A DNA stretch of 43,061 nucleotides, from assembly GCA_964468965.1 (NCBI GenBank), contig CAYXXA010000004.1, positions 1 to 43,061 of the forward strand, in the 5' to 3' direction. Source of the DNA: an uncultured Candidatus Peribacteria bacterium (GTDB lineage: Bacteria > Patescibacteriota > Gracilibacteria > UBA4473). The stretch's first letter is position 1; each line of letters begins with the position of its first letter. A program made the translations under genes and the position numbers. The notes under the pieces are model-generated. The model made no database searches and was not told where the DNA came from. It saw only the letters and a program-made list of their open reading frames with translations. This document shows positions 1-8,561 of this stretch, in pieces.

Positions 1-2
1 TT

Positions 3-554
3 CAGTCCGCAATTCTGGACGGACAAGAAACTTCTGGTATTACCTGGCAAACCATGGTCAAAGAACTAGACGCAGGTGATATCTGCTTTCAGAAATCCTA
101 CGATATACACGGTAAAAAAACTTCTGATTTATGGCATTATTTTGCCCTTGAAACTGCTCATTATTTTCCTGAATTTTTGAATAAATATTTTGATCAATCA
201 TTAGAAATAAAAAAACAGCAATCAAGCAAAGCTACCTTTTGTGGAAAGTTCACAAAGGCCGACGGCGAGGTGAATTTCAAAAAGATGACGGCTGAAGAAA
301 TTGATCGAGCTTTCCGTGCCTTTGATGTCTGGCCAGGTATATTTGTTCCAACCGTTAAAGGAAATGTAAAAATCAAGCAGTGTACCCTTACACGAAAAAC
401 AGATCCCAAAAACCATCAGCCTAAAGATGTCGAAATCTTATGTAAAAATAATACCAAACTCTACCTTGAATATATTCAGATCCCCGGTAAAAAAGTTGGC
501 AAAGCTGTTGATATCTTAAAAAACTTTCCACACCTATTTGAGACTGGTTCCTGA
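3..554 (+). CDS. fmt: Methionyl-tRNA formyltransferase, C-terminal ~184 aa (5' end lies outside the window)
   Basis: The frame is open from the window edge (QSAILDGQETSGITWQTMVKELDAGDI...), so listed ORF 54..554 is only the part after an internal Met. The ETG.T...M...LDAGDI motif and the C-terminal FTKADGEVNF...EIDRAFRAFDVWPG segment are typical of Fmt. Confidence 0.8.
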   Translation, partial: QSAILDGQETSGITWQTMVKELDAGDICFQKSYDIHGKKTSDLWHYFALETAHYFPEFLNKYFDQSLEIKKQQSSKATFCGKFTKADGEVNFKKMTAEEIDRAFRAFDVWPGIFVPTVKGNVKIKQCTLTRKTDPKNHQPKDVEILCKNNTKLYLEYIQIPGKKVGKAVDILKNFPHLFETGS

Positions 555-1736
555 TCCAGAATTTAATACTTCTTTGGAATCGAGTATTAACGACTTTAAT
601 CTTTTAATAACGGTTTCAAACTCCCCCGCTCCCTGTAATGCTTTTGCAATTTTTCGAGTATAATTTTTTTCTTTTATACCCGAAGCAAGATAGGGTATTT
701 TTTCGAGTGAAATTTCCACATCAGGTAAAGCCGTTTTGAGAGCACTCATAAAATCAAAAACAAAACTCCAACGTTTTCCCTCATCTATACCACGTAAACG
801 TTCAATATCATTTAAGTACGTTGCTTTCTCAAAAAAACGATTTCTAAAGTTTAAAAAATTAGTATCAAAATTTTCGTTAATAGCGGCATCAATAGTTTTT
901 TTATCTTCTGTTTTAATAGCTTTTATAATCTTATCCGCTTTTTCCGGAGCTGTTTTTTGGATAAACTTTTCAACGACATTGGCACTTTTCCCTGAAAGCC
1001 TTGGGGTTGATTTTAAAATTTCCAAATCCGCTGGTGTCAGATCATCTGGTGGTTCATGCAGTGAAAATGAAATATTTTTAATCCCTTCCGCATCGACTAA
1101 AAGTGGTTTGGTTATAAAATCCGAATCGGTTTTGTCTTCGAGTGACTCCCCCGCTTCAATCAAATTTTTCGCTAGCTTAGAACGAGTTTTGAGGTATAGA
1201 TCTTTTGTTAAAATAATCCAAATACGATCCTTATTTCGATCCAATATTTTTACATTAGCCCCTTTTGCTAGGTTTTTATTTTTCGGAAAAACTTCTAATG
1301 GAAGATCTTTCGCCCCTGTTTCGTATTCAATAATCTCATTTATTTCCTTTATCTTATCCGTCTCCCCAATAAATCGAGCTAGTACGGGCTTAGCTCCCCC
1401 AAAATTGGATGGAATTTTCGGAAAGATAAAAAGTGCATAAATAGGCGTCCAAAGAAATAAAATCATTAGAATGATAATTTCAAAAAAACGAATTTTCTTT
1501 TTGGTAAATATTTTTTTTAAAATAAGAATCGTTGGTATCAAAAAAATACTGGTAATAATCACATAAATAATACCAACAAACATATACCGAAGCTGTAAAA
1601 ATTCAAAATCAGAAATCCCTAATGAACCCAGATAAATCGTAAAAACCAACGTCCCTAAAATATAACTAAACATCAGCATCGTAACAAAATACTTTGCTCC
1701 ACGTCGCTCTAGGTATTCTTCAAGTTCTTTGATCAT
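534..1736 (-). CDS. Hypothetical polytopic membrane protein (about 4 N-terminal TM helices plus a ~270-aa soluble domain)
   Basis: 400-aa ORF with an ATG start. Hydrophobic helices include FVTMLMFSYILGTLVFTIYLG, MFVGIIYVIITSIFLIPTILIL and FFEIIILMILFLWTPIYALFIF. No family motif recognised. Its 3' end overlaps the fmt 3' end by 21 nt in convergent orientation. Confidence 0.6.
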   Translation of the reverse strand: MIKELEEYLERRGAKYFVTMLMFSYILGTLVFTIYLGSLGISDFEFLQLRYMFVGIIYVIITSIFLIPTILILKKIFTKKKIRFFEIIILMILFLWTPIYALFIFPKIPSNFGGAKPVLARFIGETDKIKEINEIIEYETGAKDLPLEVFPKNKNLAKGANVKILDRNKDRIWIILTKDLYLKTRSKLAKNLIEAGESLEDKTDSDFITKPLLVDAEGIKNISFSLHEPPDDLTPADLEILKSTPRLSGKSANVVEKFIQKTAPEKADKIIKAIKTEDKKTIDAAINENFDTNFLNFRNRFFEKATYLNDIERLRGIDEGKRWSFVFDFMSALKTALPDVEISLEKIPYLASGIKEKNYTRKIAKALQGAGEFETVIKRLKSLILDSKEVLNSGSGTSLK

Positions 1737-1843
1737 AATTTTATAAAAGTTAAAAGTTTGTAGAGATATAAAGATATAATATAAGAAATACTTTTGATCT
1801 CTTTGTTTTTTAATTTTTTAGATCCGTTAAACCAATGCTAATC

Positions 1844-2332
1844 CTATTTCTTGGCAATCCCTTTAATCTTTTTTGAGGCTTGTTTACGAAGAGAAGTTGC
1901 TTTTTTAGTCGCCTCTTTTTTTAACTTAGTTACCTTTTTCGTAGCGGTTTTCTTGGCAGCCGCTATCTTCTTCGGTGCTGTCTTTTTCAAATCTGCAGCT
2001 GCTTTTTTGGCATTCTTTGCTAATTCTTCCATTTTTTCTTGTGCCACCTCTCGTCCTTCTTCTGTTAGTTCCTTTGCCCCTTCTACAAAACTATTAAACT
2101 GATCCTTCCCCCCTTTAATTACTTCTTGAAGTTCTTTACTATTCTCAGCCCAATCAACCACAAAATCTCGTGCTGACTTATCAACTTTCACACCTTCTTC
2201 AAAAAGTTTCTTCCACGGATTATCTGATTTTTTTAGTTCTTCTCTTAACTTTTTCCCTGGTTTTTGCGCAAATAATAAACCATAAGCTGCTCCAATCGTT
2301 GCCGCTGCCAAAAATTTCACAAGTCCTTTCAT
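1844..2332 (-). CDS. YtxH-like protein with a Lys/Ala-rich tail
   Basis: The N-terminus MKGLVKFLAAATIGAAYGLLFAQKPGKKLREELKK matches the YtxH hydrophobic helix followed by a ..P.SGK..RE.L motif. The rest is a charged coiled-coil or low-complexity KKxA tail. Confidence 0.65.
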   Translation of the reverse strand: MKGLVKFLAAATIGAAYGLLFAQKPGKKLREELKKSDNPWKKLFEEGVKVDKSARDFVVDWAENSKELQEVIKGGKDQFNSFVEGAKELTEEGREVAQEKMEELAKNAKKAAADLKKTAPKKIAAAKKTATKKVTKLKKEATKKATSLRKQASKKIKGIAKK

Positions 2333-2441
2333 TTTTTTGAGTATTAAAGATTCCTTTTCGTTTTACAGGAATAGGTTTTATTTGTAAACTCTTTGTACTT
2401 CTTTTTCAAGCAAGAATGTGTATAAATTAAACTTTTAAAAC

Positions 2442-2843
2442 ATGAAACCTGATGTTGTTATTATCTGTGGCTCTGAAAGTGACTTTCCTTTTGCGGAAGA
2501 TAAGCTTATATCTGGCTTAAAGAAAAAAGATATAAGCGTTGAACTTTTTGCGGCTAGCGCTCATAAGGAACCACTTAAAGCCCTTGATATTATAAATAAA
2601 TTTGATGATGGAAAAACGATTTTCATCACTATTGCCGGTCGATCAAATGCGCTCAGTGGCTTTGTTGGTGCTAATTCCAACGGTGTCACTATTGCTTGTC
2701 CACCATTTACGGACAAACTAGATTTCATAGTTAATATCAATTCAACATTGCAAATGCCCAGTAAAACCCCAGTTCTTACTATTGTCGATCCGGGTAACTG
2801 TGTATTAGCCGTTGAACGACTCGTTAAACTTAAAAAGCACTAA
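2442..2843 (+). CDS. purE: PurE-family protein with class II (AIR carboxylase)-like motifs
   Basis: VVIICGSESD, SAHKEP, AGRSNALSG and IACPP align with the PurE signatures G-S-x-S-D, S-A-H-(R/K)-x-P and A-G-x-x-x-x-L-x-G. AGRSN and ACPP resemble the class II (metazoan PAICS / Treponema type) form rather than the class I AGGAAHLPG. At 133 aa it is short for the family. Confidence 0.7.
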   Translation: MKPDVVIICGSESDFPFAEDKLISGLKKKDISVELFAASAHKEPLKALDIINKFDDGKTIFITIAGRSNALSGFVGANSNGVTIACPPFTDKLDFIVNINSTLQMPSKTPVLTIVDPGNCVLAVERLVKLKKH

Positions 2844-2875
2844 TCGTACTACTTTAATTCTCTTTTTTTTAAAAT

Positions 2876-4213
2876 ATGGCCAAAACTTTTCGGACTCCGA
2901 CTGGAACTTTCGATTTTCTTCCAGATGATCACAACTACTTTACTTTTATAAAAAAAGTGATTCGTCATCGATTTCGACAATCAGGATTTCGACGTATATC
3001 ACCACCGATGTTTGAAGAAACCGAAGCTTTTGCAACCGCTCTTGGTGATAATACTAATATCGTAAGTCGAGAACTCTACACTTTTGAAGACCGATCAAAA
3101 AGAGAATTTTCACTTCGACCAGAGATTACAACAGGCATCGTACGAAGCTTTATTCAACACGAAATGGATCAAGAAGCTCTCCCCGTAGAACTCTATTATA
3201 TTGAACCCTGCTTTCGATTTGAACGTCCAAACCAACGAACTCGACGACAGTTTTGGCAATTCGGTGCTGAAGTCTTAGGAGAATCAGACCCATCGATTGA
3301 TGCCCAAATTATTTATTTGGGACATCGTATTCTAAAAGACCTTCAGATCCGAAAAGAATGTGAACTTGTTATCAGTACGATCGGGAGTCCTGAGGATCGG
3401 AAACAATTTTTTGAAGCCCTTGCCAATTTCTATGCTGGGAAGGAACGCAGTCTCACCCCAGAAACACTTGAAAAACTAAGTCAAAAAAAATATCTCGAAC
3501 TACTTCAGCCCAGAAGTGAAGATGAGGAAATTTTAATTGGTATGGCACCTAAAATCACGGATTTCCTCTCTAAAGAATCTAAAAATTTCTTCGATGAGGT
3601 ATTGGGATACCTTAATAGTTTTGATATCGAATATAAAATTGACTACTCTCTCGTTAGACCTATCGATTACTATTCCAATACGGTTTTTGAGTTTCGTGAG
3701 AAAGGCACAACTAATAAAGTCTTAGTCGGAGGACGATACGATCATCTTATCGAAAAAATGGGAGGAAAAAAACACGGAGGGGTTGGATTTTCGGCTGGGG
3801 TTGATCGAGTTATGGGACTCATGAAAACTTACGGCATTGAAGTTCCACACAAAGACTACCTTCAGATATTTCTAGCCGCGACTGGACCTATTGCTAAGAA
3901 AAAAGCTCTTCCCATTCTCGTTAAACTTCGAGAGCACGGATTCCATGCTGTTGGTGTACTTGGAAAGACTTCAATGCAAGAACAACTGGGGCGAGCTCAA
4001 AAGTTTCATGTTCCCTATACGCTCCTAATGGGTGATTTAGAAATCAAAAAAAATCAAATTATTATTCGTGATATGAAAACCGGAAAACAAACATGGATTC
4101 CACAAGAAGAGCTTATTTCAGAAATGGATAAATTACTTGGGATGCCTAAAAAACTTGATACCTCTAAAGATATCAAACACGATACAACTATGGATTTTTT
4201 GGGACATGAATAA
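2876..4213 (+). CDS. hisS: Histidine--tRNA ligase
   Basis: It shows the class II aaRS HisS pattern: TPTGTFDFLPDD, EFSLRPEITTGIVR, YYIEPCFRFERPNQRTRRQFWQFGAEVLG, GGRYD and an anticodon-binding C-terminal domain. It lies 32 nt downstream of the purE-like gene, which leaves no room for a T-box leader. Confidence 0.93.
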   Translation: MAKTFRTPTGTFDFLPDDHNYFTFIKKVIRHRFRQSGFRRISPPMFEETEAFATALGDNTNIVSRELYTFEDRSKREFSLRPEITTGIVRSFIQHEMDQEALPVELYYIEPCFRFERPNQRTRRQFWQFGAEVLGESDPSIDAQIIYLGHRILKDLQIRKECELVISTIGSPEDRKQFFEALANFYAGKERSLTPETLEKLSQKKYLELLQPRSEDEEILIGMAPKITDFLSKESKNFFDEVLGYLNSFDIEYKIDYSLVRPIDYYSNTVFEFREKGTTNKVLVGGRYDHLIEKMGGKKHGGVGFSAGVDRVMGLMKTYGIEVPHKDYLQIFLAATGPIAKKKALPILVKLREHGFHAVGVLGKTSMQEQLGRAQKFHVPYTLLMGDLEIKKNQIIIRDMKTGKQTWIPQEELISEMDKLLGMPKKLDTSKDIKHDTTMDFLGHE

Positions 4214-4215
4214 AA

Positions 4216-4845
4216 ATGAACAATAAAATGCTTCCTCAGTCCATAACCACCGCCATTGAAAGTCTTTCTGATCTCCCTGGTATCGGGCATCGTTCGGCTG
4301 AACGATTAGTTTTTTCGTTATTGAAAAACAAGAGCTCTCTTGATCAAAAAATAGCAAACTCCATTGGACGCCTAAAAGCAAGTGTCGGAGAATGTTCTAC
4401 TTGCTTTCATTATTGCGATAAGACAGAAGATCAAGTCAAAATAAGCTGTGCTATTTGTCAGGATTATAATCGTGATAAAAAAACAATTTGTGTTGTTGAA
4501 ACCCCAGTTGACCTTATTGCACTTGAAAAAACCCATGAATACAAAGGGCAATATCATGTTTTACACGGTATTATTTCACCAATCAACAAAGTAATGCCTG
4601 AACACCTTCGTATCAATCCTCTACTAAAACGAGTTCAAGAAAATCCAGAAATTACTGAAATTGTTTTTGCGTTAGCGGGAAATGTGGAATCAGATGCTAC
4701 GGTCAACTTCATTATTGATCAGCTATTGCCTATCTTTAAGGGGAAAATCACAAAACTCGCTCAAGGAATTCCTTCTGGTGGCGATTTAGACTATCTAGAT
4801 ACACGGACAATTGGACGAGCCATATTAGATAGACGAGGTATTTGA
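4216..4845 (+). CDS. recR: Recombination protein RecR
   Basis: It has the helix-hairpin-helix LSDLPGIGHRSAERLVFSLL, the Cys4 zinc finger CSTCFHYC...CAICQD, and a Toprim region ICVVETPVDLIALEKT. The start is 2 nt after the hisS stop. Confidence 0.9.
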   Translation: MNNKMLPQSITTAIESLSDLPGIGHRSAERLVFSLLKNKSSLDQKIANSIGRLKASVGECSTCFHYCDKTEDQVKISCAICQDYNRDKKTICVVETPVDLIALEKTHEYKGQYHVLHGIISPINKVMPEHLRINPLLKRVQENPEITEIVFALAGNVESDATVNFIIDQLLPIFKGKITKLAQGIPSGGDLDYLDTRTIGRAILDRRGI

Positions 4846-4888
4846 CTCTAGATTGCTTCTAATCTCCATCCTGCTAACATTAAAAAAT

Positions 4889-5146
4889 ATGAAAACAATA
4901 CAAGAACTAAGACTAGAAATCGAAAAAATCACTAAACGAAATAAAAAAGTTGAACGGGATAAACAGTGGGAAACAAGCTGTACTAGACGTATCTTTATTG
5001 CCTCGATTACCTTTCTTTCAGCTTTTAGTTTTTTAAAGATTATGAATATGGAGCCAGCTATATTGGGGGCTTTTGTTCCTGTCGGAGGATTTTTATTATC
5101 TCAACTTTCTATAAAACCTTTGCGAAAAATTTGGGATAAATTTTAG
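4889..5146 (+). CDS. Small hypothetical membrane protein (85 aa from the ATG)
   Basis: The listed ORF begins at a TTG (4853); the first ATG is at 4889 (MKTIQELRLEIEK...). It has a charged N-terminus followed by two hydrophobic segments. No homolog recognised. Confidence 0.4.
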   Translation: MKTIQELRLEIEKITKRNKKVERDKQWETSCTRRIFIASITFLSAFSFLKIMNMEPAILGAFVPVGGFLLSQLSIKPLRKIWDKF

Positions 5147-5188
5147 TATCTAGTTCCTTATATTTTTCCACTTCAATCTTCTACTATT

Positions 5189-6598
5189 TTATCCGACACT
5201 CCCCTCCATTTCTAATTCAATAAGACGGTTAAGTTCTGAAGCAAACTCCAACGGAAGCGTTTTTACCACCTCATCAAGAAAACCATTAACGATCATTCCT
5301 TTTGCCGCCTCTTCATCAATCCCTCGTGACTCAAAAAATAATAAAATTTCATCAGAAATCTTACCAGCTCTCGCTTCGTGCGTAATTTGGGCCGATGTAT
5401 TGGCTGAATAAATATGAGGAATCGTATCAGAAACTGATTTCTCATCAAGCATCAAAGCATCACATTCAACGGAAACAATCGCATTATCCGCTGTTTTTTT
5501 GATATCAACTAAACCTCGATAGGTTGATATTCCACCACCTTTACTCAGGCTTTTGGCAACAATATTCGTTCGACAATCTTTTCCTGAAATAATGACTTTT
5601 GCTCCCGTATCTTGCGTCTGTCCTTCATTGGCAAAGGCAATACCTAAATGCTCCGATCGTGCCCTATCACCGGCTAAAATCGTACAAGGGTAAAGCATCG
5701 TTATCCCTGATCCCAGATTTCCTCCAACCCATTCCATTCGTCCACTTGCTTGAACAATTGATCGTTTGGTATTAAGGTTAAAGGTATCTTTTGACCAGTT
5801 TTCGACAGAAGAATATCGAAATTGAGCCGTTTCGTTTACAAATACTTCAACACAACCGGCATGTAATGACTGTGAGCCGTACTTTGGAGCAGAACAACCC
5901 TCAATATAATGTCCTTTGGCCCCAGATTCGATAACAAGAAGCGTATGTTCAAACTGTCCTTGATTCATAGAATTCATACGAAAATAAGCCTGTAGGGGCT
6001 GTGTTATTTCTACATTCTTAGGAATATAAAGAAACGTTCCCCCTGAAAACACGGCATAATGCAAAGCCGCAAACTTATGGTCGTTAATCGGTACACACTT
6101 AGTAAAATACTGTTTAACTAGTGCTGGGTGCTGTTTCACCGCCACATCAAAATCTTCAAAGATAACACCTTTTTCCTGCCACTCATCTTTTAGACTATGA
6201 TAAACATTTTCTGACTCATACTGTGCCCCGGCCCCAGCTAAATAGGCCTGTTCAGCTTCTGGTATTTTCAATCGCTCAAATGTTTTTTTTATTTCGGGAT
6301 CAACTTCTTCCCATGTTTTTGCATGACTATCTTCTGATGCTTTTGAAAAATATCGAATATTATTAAAATCCAAATGATCAATTGACGGTCCCCAATCTGG
6401 TAGAGATAATTTATGAAACTGGGCTAAAGCCTTCAAACGAATATCCAATAACCATGATGGCTCGTCCTTATCCGCTGAAATTTCTCTCACCAATGCCTCT
6501 GTCAGACCTTTGGCAAAGTTTTTTGTATATTCTTGCGTATTAGCCTGATCAAGATCACCTCTTTCTAGTTTGGTAAAATCGATAGCAGTATTGGTCAT
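5189..6598 (-). CDS. sufB: Fe-S cluster assembly scaffold protein SufB
   Basis: 469 aa with a SufB/SufD-type beta-helix C-terminal half (HTLLVIESGAKGHYIEGCSAP, NLNTKR, GRMEWVGGNLGS, ISTYRGLV..., DTIPHI..., HEARAGKISDE). No sufC, sufD or sufS is adjacent. Confidence 0.92.
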   Translation of the reverse strand: MTNTAIDFTKLERGDLDQANTQEYTKNFAKGLTEALVREISADKDEPSWLLDIRLKALAQFHKLSLPDWGPSIDHLDFNNIRYFSKASEDSHAKTWEEVDPEIKKTFERLKIPEAEQAYLAGAGAQYESENVYHSLKDEWQEKGVIFEDFDVAVKQHPALVKQYFTKCVPINDHKFAALHYAVFSGGTFLYIPKNVEITQPLQAYFRMNSMNQGQFEHTLLVIESGAKGHYIEGCSAPKYGSQSLHAGCVEVFVNETAQFRYSSVENWSKDTFNLNTKRSIVQASGRMEWVGGNLGSGITMLYPCTILAGDRARSEHLGIAFANEGQTQDTGAKVIISGKDCRTNIVAKSLSKGGGISTYRGLVDIKKTADNAIVSVECDALMLDEKSVSDTIPHIYSANTSAQITHEARAGKISDEILLFFESRGIDEEAAKGMIVNGFLDEVVKTLPLEFASELNRLIELEMEGSVG

Positions 6599-6650
6599 GA
6601 TCTAAAATCCTTTACGACTAAATAAAATCTATAAGCACTCTACCCTAAAA

Positions 6651-6684
6651 TAAAAAAAAAACATGTCTAATGACATGTTTTTTC
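6651..6684 (-). terminator. Rho-independent terminator after the 216-aa gene (palindromic, usable in both directions)
   Basis: The sequence is AAAAAAAAAACATGTC-TAAT-GACATGTTTTTT. A 7-bp GC-containing core stem is extended by A:T pairs, with a T-run on both sides. Confidence 0.65.
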
Positions 6685-6705
6685 TTAGTTCTAACTTTTA
6701 TTCTT

Positions 6706-7356
6706 TTATCGTATAGGCTGATAAGGACTCATAAAGTTTCGAAGTGAAGAACCTCTCCGTAACGTTGTCTTCTGATATCCAGTTGGAACTTGCTCCGATT
6801 TTCCAATATTTCGTTGTGCATCACGAATATCCTGCATAACCGCTTCGATTTGAGCATTTCGCTTGAACCAAGAAGAAGGAATAATATTTACACGATGTGT
6901 TGAACCGTAGACAACATTTTCCTTCAGCTCACGCTTCCCAGCATAACCACCTTCACGGTAGTAGTTAATCGCTCGTCGTTTAAAAACTTGTTTTGCGTTT
7001 GGACGAATATAATTCCCATCGGTTCTCTCTTTTCGGTATGAATAATAAGGTACAAATTTGAGGGCTCCTTTCCGTTTCATTTGAGTTGCCACGCCTCCAA
7101 CATTATTATGTACTTTCATCATCTCATGTCTTCTTCGTTGAAGATTTCTATTTTGGAAATTATCAACCGTTCGTAGTTTCTCTCGAATATATCTCAATCG
7201 ACGTTGCTGAATAGATTTTAGTAGTCGTTCTCGTGCAACTTCTTTCGCCTTTGGCACTACAGGATTGATAAATCCATCATCAAAATGTTCTGTATATGCT
7301 AATGTCGTCCCTGACATAATCAAGGTTATTAGTGCAAATAAAGCAATTTTTTTCAT
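6706..7356 (-). CDS. Hypothetical secreted protein, Arg/Lys-rich
   Basis: Signal peptide MKKIALFALITLIMSGTTLAYTE. The remainder is strongly basic (RRLRYIREKLR, QRRRHEMM). No motif recognised. Confidence 0.6.
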   Translation of the reverse strand: MKKIALFALITLIMSGTTLAYTEHFDDGFINPVVPKAKEVARERLLKSIQQRRLRYIREKLRTVDNFQNRNLQRRRHEMMKVHNNVGGVATQMKRKGALKFVPYYSYRKERTDGNYIRPNAKQVFKRRAINYYREGGYAGKRELKENVVYGSTHRVNIIPSSWFKRNAQIEAVMQDIRDAQRNIGKSEQVPTGYQKTTLRRGSSLRNFMSPYQPIR

Positions 7357-7464
7357 AATTCAAATAAGGTTAAATATTATTTCCACTAAATTCTAGATTT
7401 TTCAACTTACCATGCAAGTTTTTATTTCCTAAAAATACAAATAACACCAACTTTTCTATTTAAA

Positions 7465-8340
7465 CTATTCTGGCAAATGTAGTGCTGTTTTCATATTTTT
7501 ATCGTATGGATCAAGTGAAAGCGTTCTGATTGGGAACGGAATCGTAATACCAGCTTGATCGAAATCAATTTTAATCTGCTGTATAATAAGCGAACGAATT
7601 TTCCACCAACTATCCGTTGAATCAATCCAAAAACGAACTTCCAATTTAATAGCTGAACTATCGAAAGCCTTACAGATAACCTCTGGCTGAGGCTCTCCCA
7701 CCACTGACTCATTCTTTTTAACTGCTGAAAGGGTTGTATTGACGGCCTTGTCAAGCGGTGTCGAATAATGCACTCCAACCTCCAAAGAAATACGTCGAAA
7801 GGTATTAGCCGTGAAATTCTGAACCACATCTGTTACCATATCCGAGTTCGGAATAATAAGTTCCGTTCCATCAAGCGAAGTGATCTGCGTTGTCCTCGCA
7901 TCAATTTCTGAAATACGCCCCATTTTACTACCAACTTTAATAAGGTCTCCAATTTTTAATTTTTGCTGAGTCAGGATAACAATACCACCTATGAAATTCG
8001 ATAACAGGTCCTTAAAGGCAAAACCAATACCAAAGGACATAGCCCCTAATATCCATGTCAGATCAATACCCACAACCTGAAAGGAAATGACCAACATCAC
8101 CATCATTACGCCAAAATAAACCGAACGCTCAATCAGTAATGTCAGTTCTTCATGTAGCTGAATATGTTTACTTTTTCTTATTCGCCTCATTACTATATTT
8201 CTAATCAGTGCGGCGATAAGAAATGAAGACAAAAACAGTCCTATTGCCAAAAACCAAAGACCAAAATTAGTTGCTAAAGTACTCATTAACCCTTCATCTT
8301 TTCCTGAACTAGAAGCCGCATAAACTGTTTGTATAAACAT
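7465..8340 (-). CDS. Small-conductance mechanosensitive channel (MscS family)
   Basis: Three TM helices are followed by the MscS signature region FKDLLSNFIGGIVILTQQKLKIGDLIKVGSKMGRISEIDARTTQITSLDGTELIIPNSDM...VQNFT. Confidence 0.85.
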   Translation of the reverse strand: MFIQTVYAASSSGKDEGLMSTLATNFGLWFLAIGLFLSSFLIAALIRNIVMRRIRKSKHIQLHEELTLLIERSVYFGVMMVMLVISFQVVGIDLTWILGAMSFGIGFAFKDLLSNFIGGIVILTQQKLKIGDLIKVGSKMGRISEIDARTTQITSLDGTELIIPNSDMVTDVVQNFTANTFRRISLEVGVHYSTPLDKAVNTTLSAVKKNESVVGEPQPEVICKAFDSSAIKLEVRFWIDSTDSWWKIRSLIIQQIKIDFDQAGITIPFPIRTLSLDPYDKNMKTALHLPE

Positions 8341-8561
8341 TTTTTTGTTTTCTCTGTTATTAATGTTTAGTTTTCAAGTATTTTCCCAAAAACTATCTGA
8401 TAATTATATCAGATTTGAAGATTATTTTCAATAATGTTATGGTAGTCAAAAAGGTAAATAATGTTTTAAATACAAAGTTTAAAGCTAAACGAAAAAACCT
8501 AGCGATACTGATTTATCATATCTAAAAAAAGACCTCCACAATAAATCTCATTTATTAGCCA

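Noticed and set aside
736-1440. 234-aa plus-strand ORF inside the 400-aa minus-strand membrane gene. The same applies to 12622..13044, 35313..35897, 41826..42254, 14064..14414, 8842..9150, 38001..38342 and the other listed ORFs nested antisense in recognised genes.
   Set aside because: Their sequences are low-complexity and Ser/Phe/Leu-rich, as expected for the reverse complement of Lys/Glu-rich AT-biased genes. Each lies fully inside a longer ORF that has clear family motifs or a coherent membrane-protein architecture.
2844-2875. T-box or other leader upstream of hisS.
   Set aside because: Only 32 nt separate hisS from the preceding gene, which is far too short for a T-box riboswitch. hisS is probably co-transcribed with the purE-like gene.
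8395-8414. Palindrome ATCTGATA-ATTA-TATCAGAT upstream of the MscS gene, and the small palindrome GTGTTT-CA-AAACAC at 19328-19341 upstream of ybaB, as operator sites.
   Set aside because: These are short AT-rich palindromes that are expected by chance in low-GC spacers. No regulator gene is adjacent and there is no second copy to support a motif.
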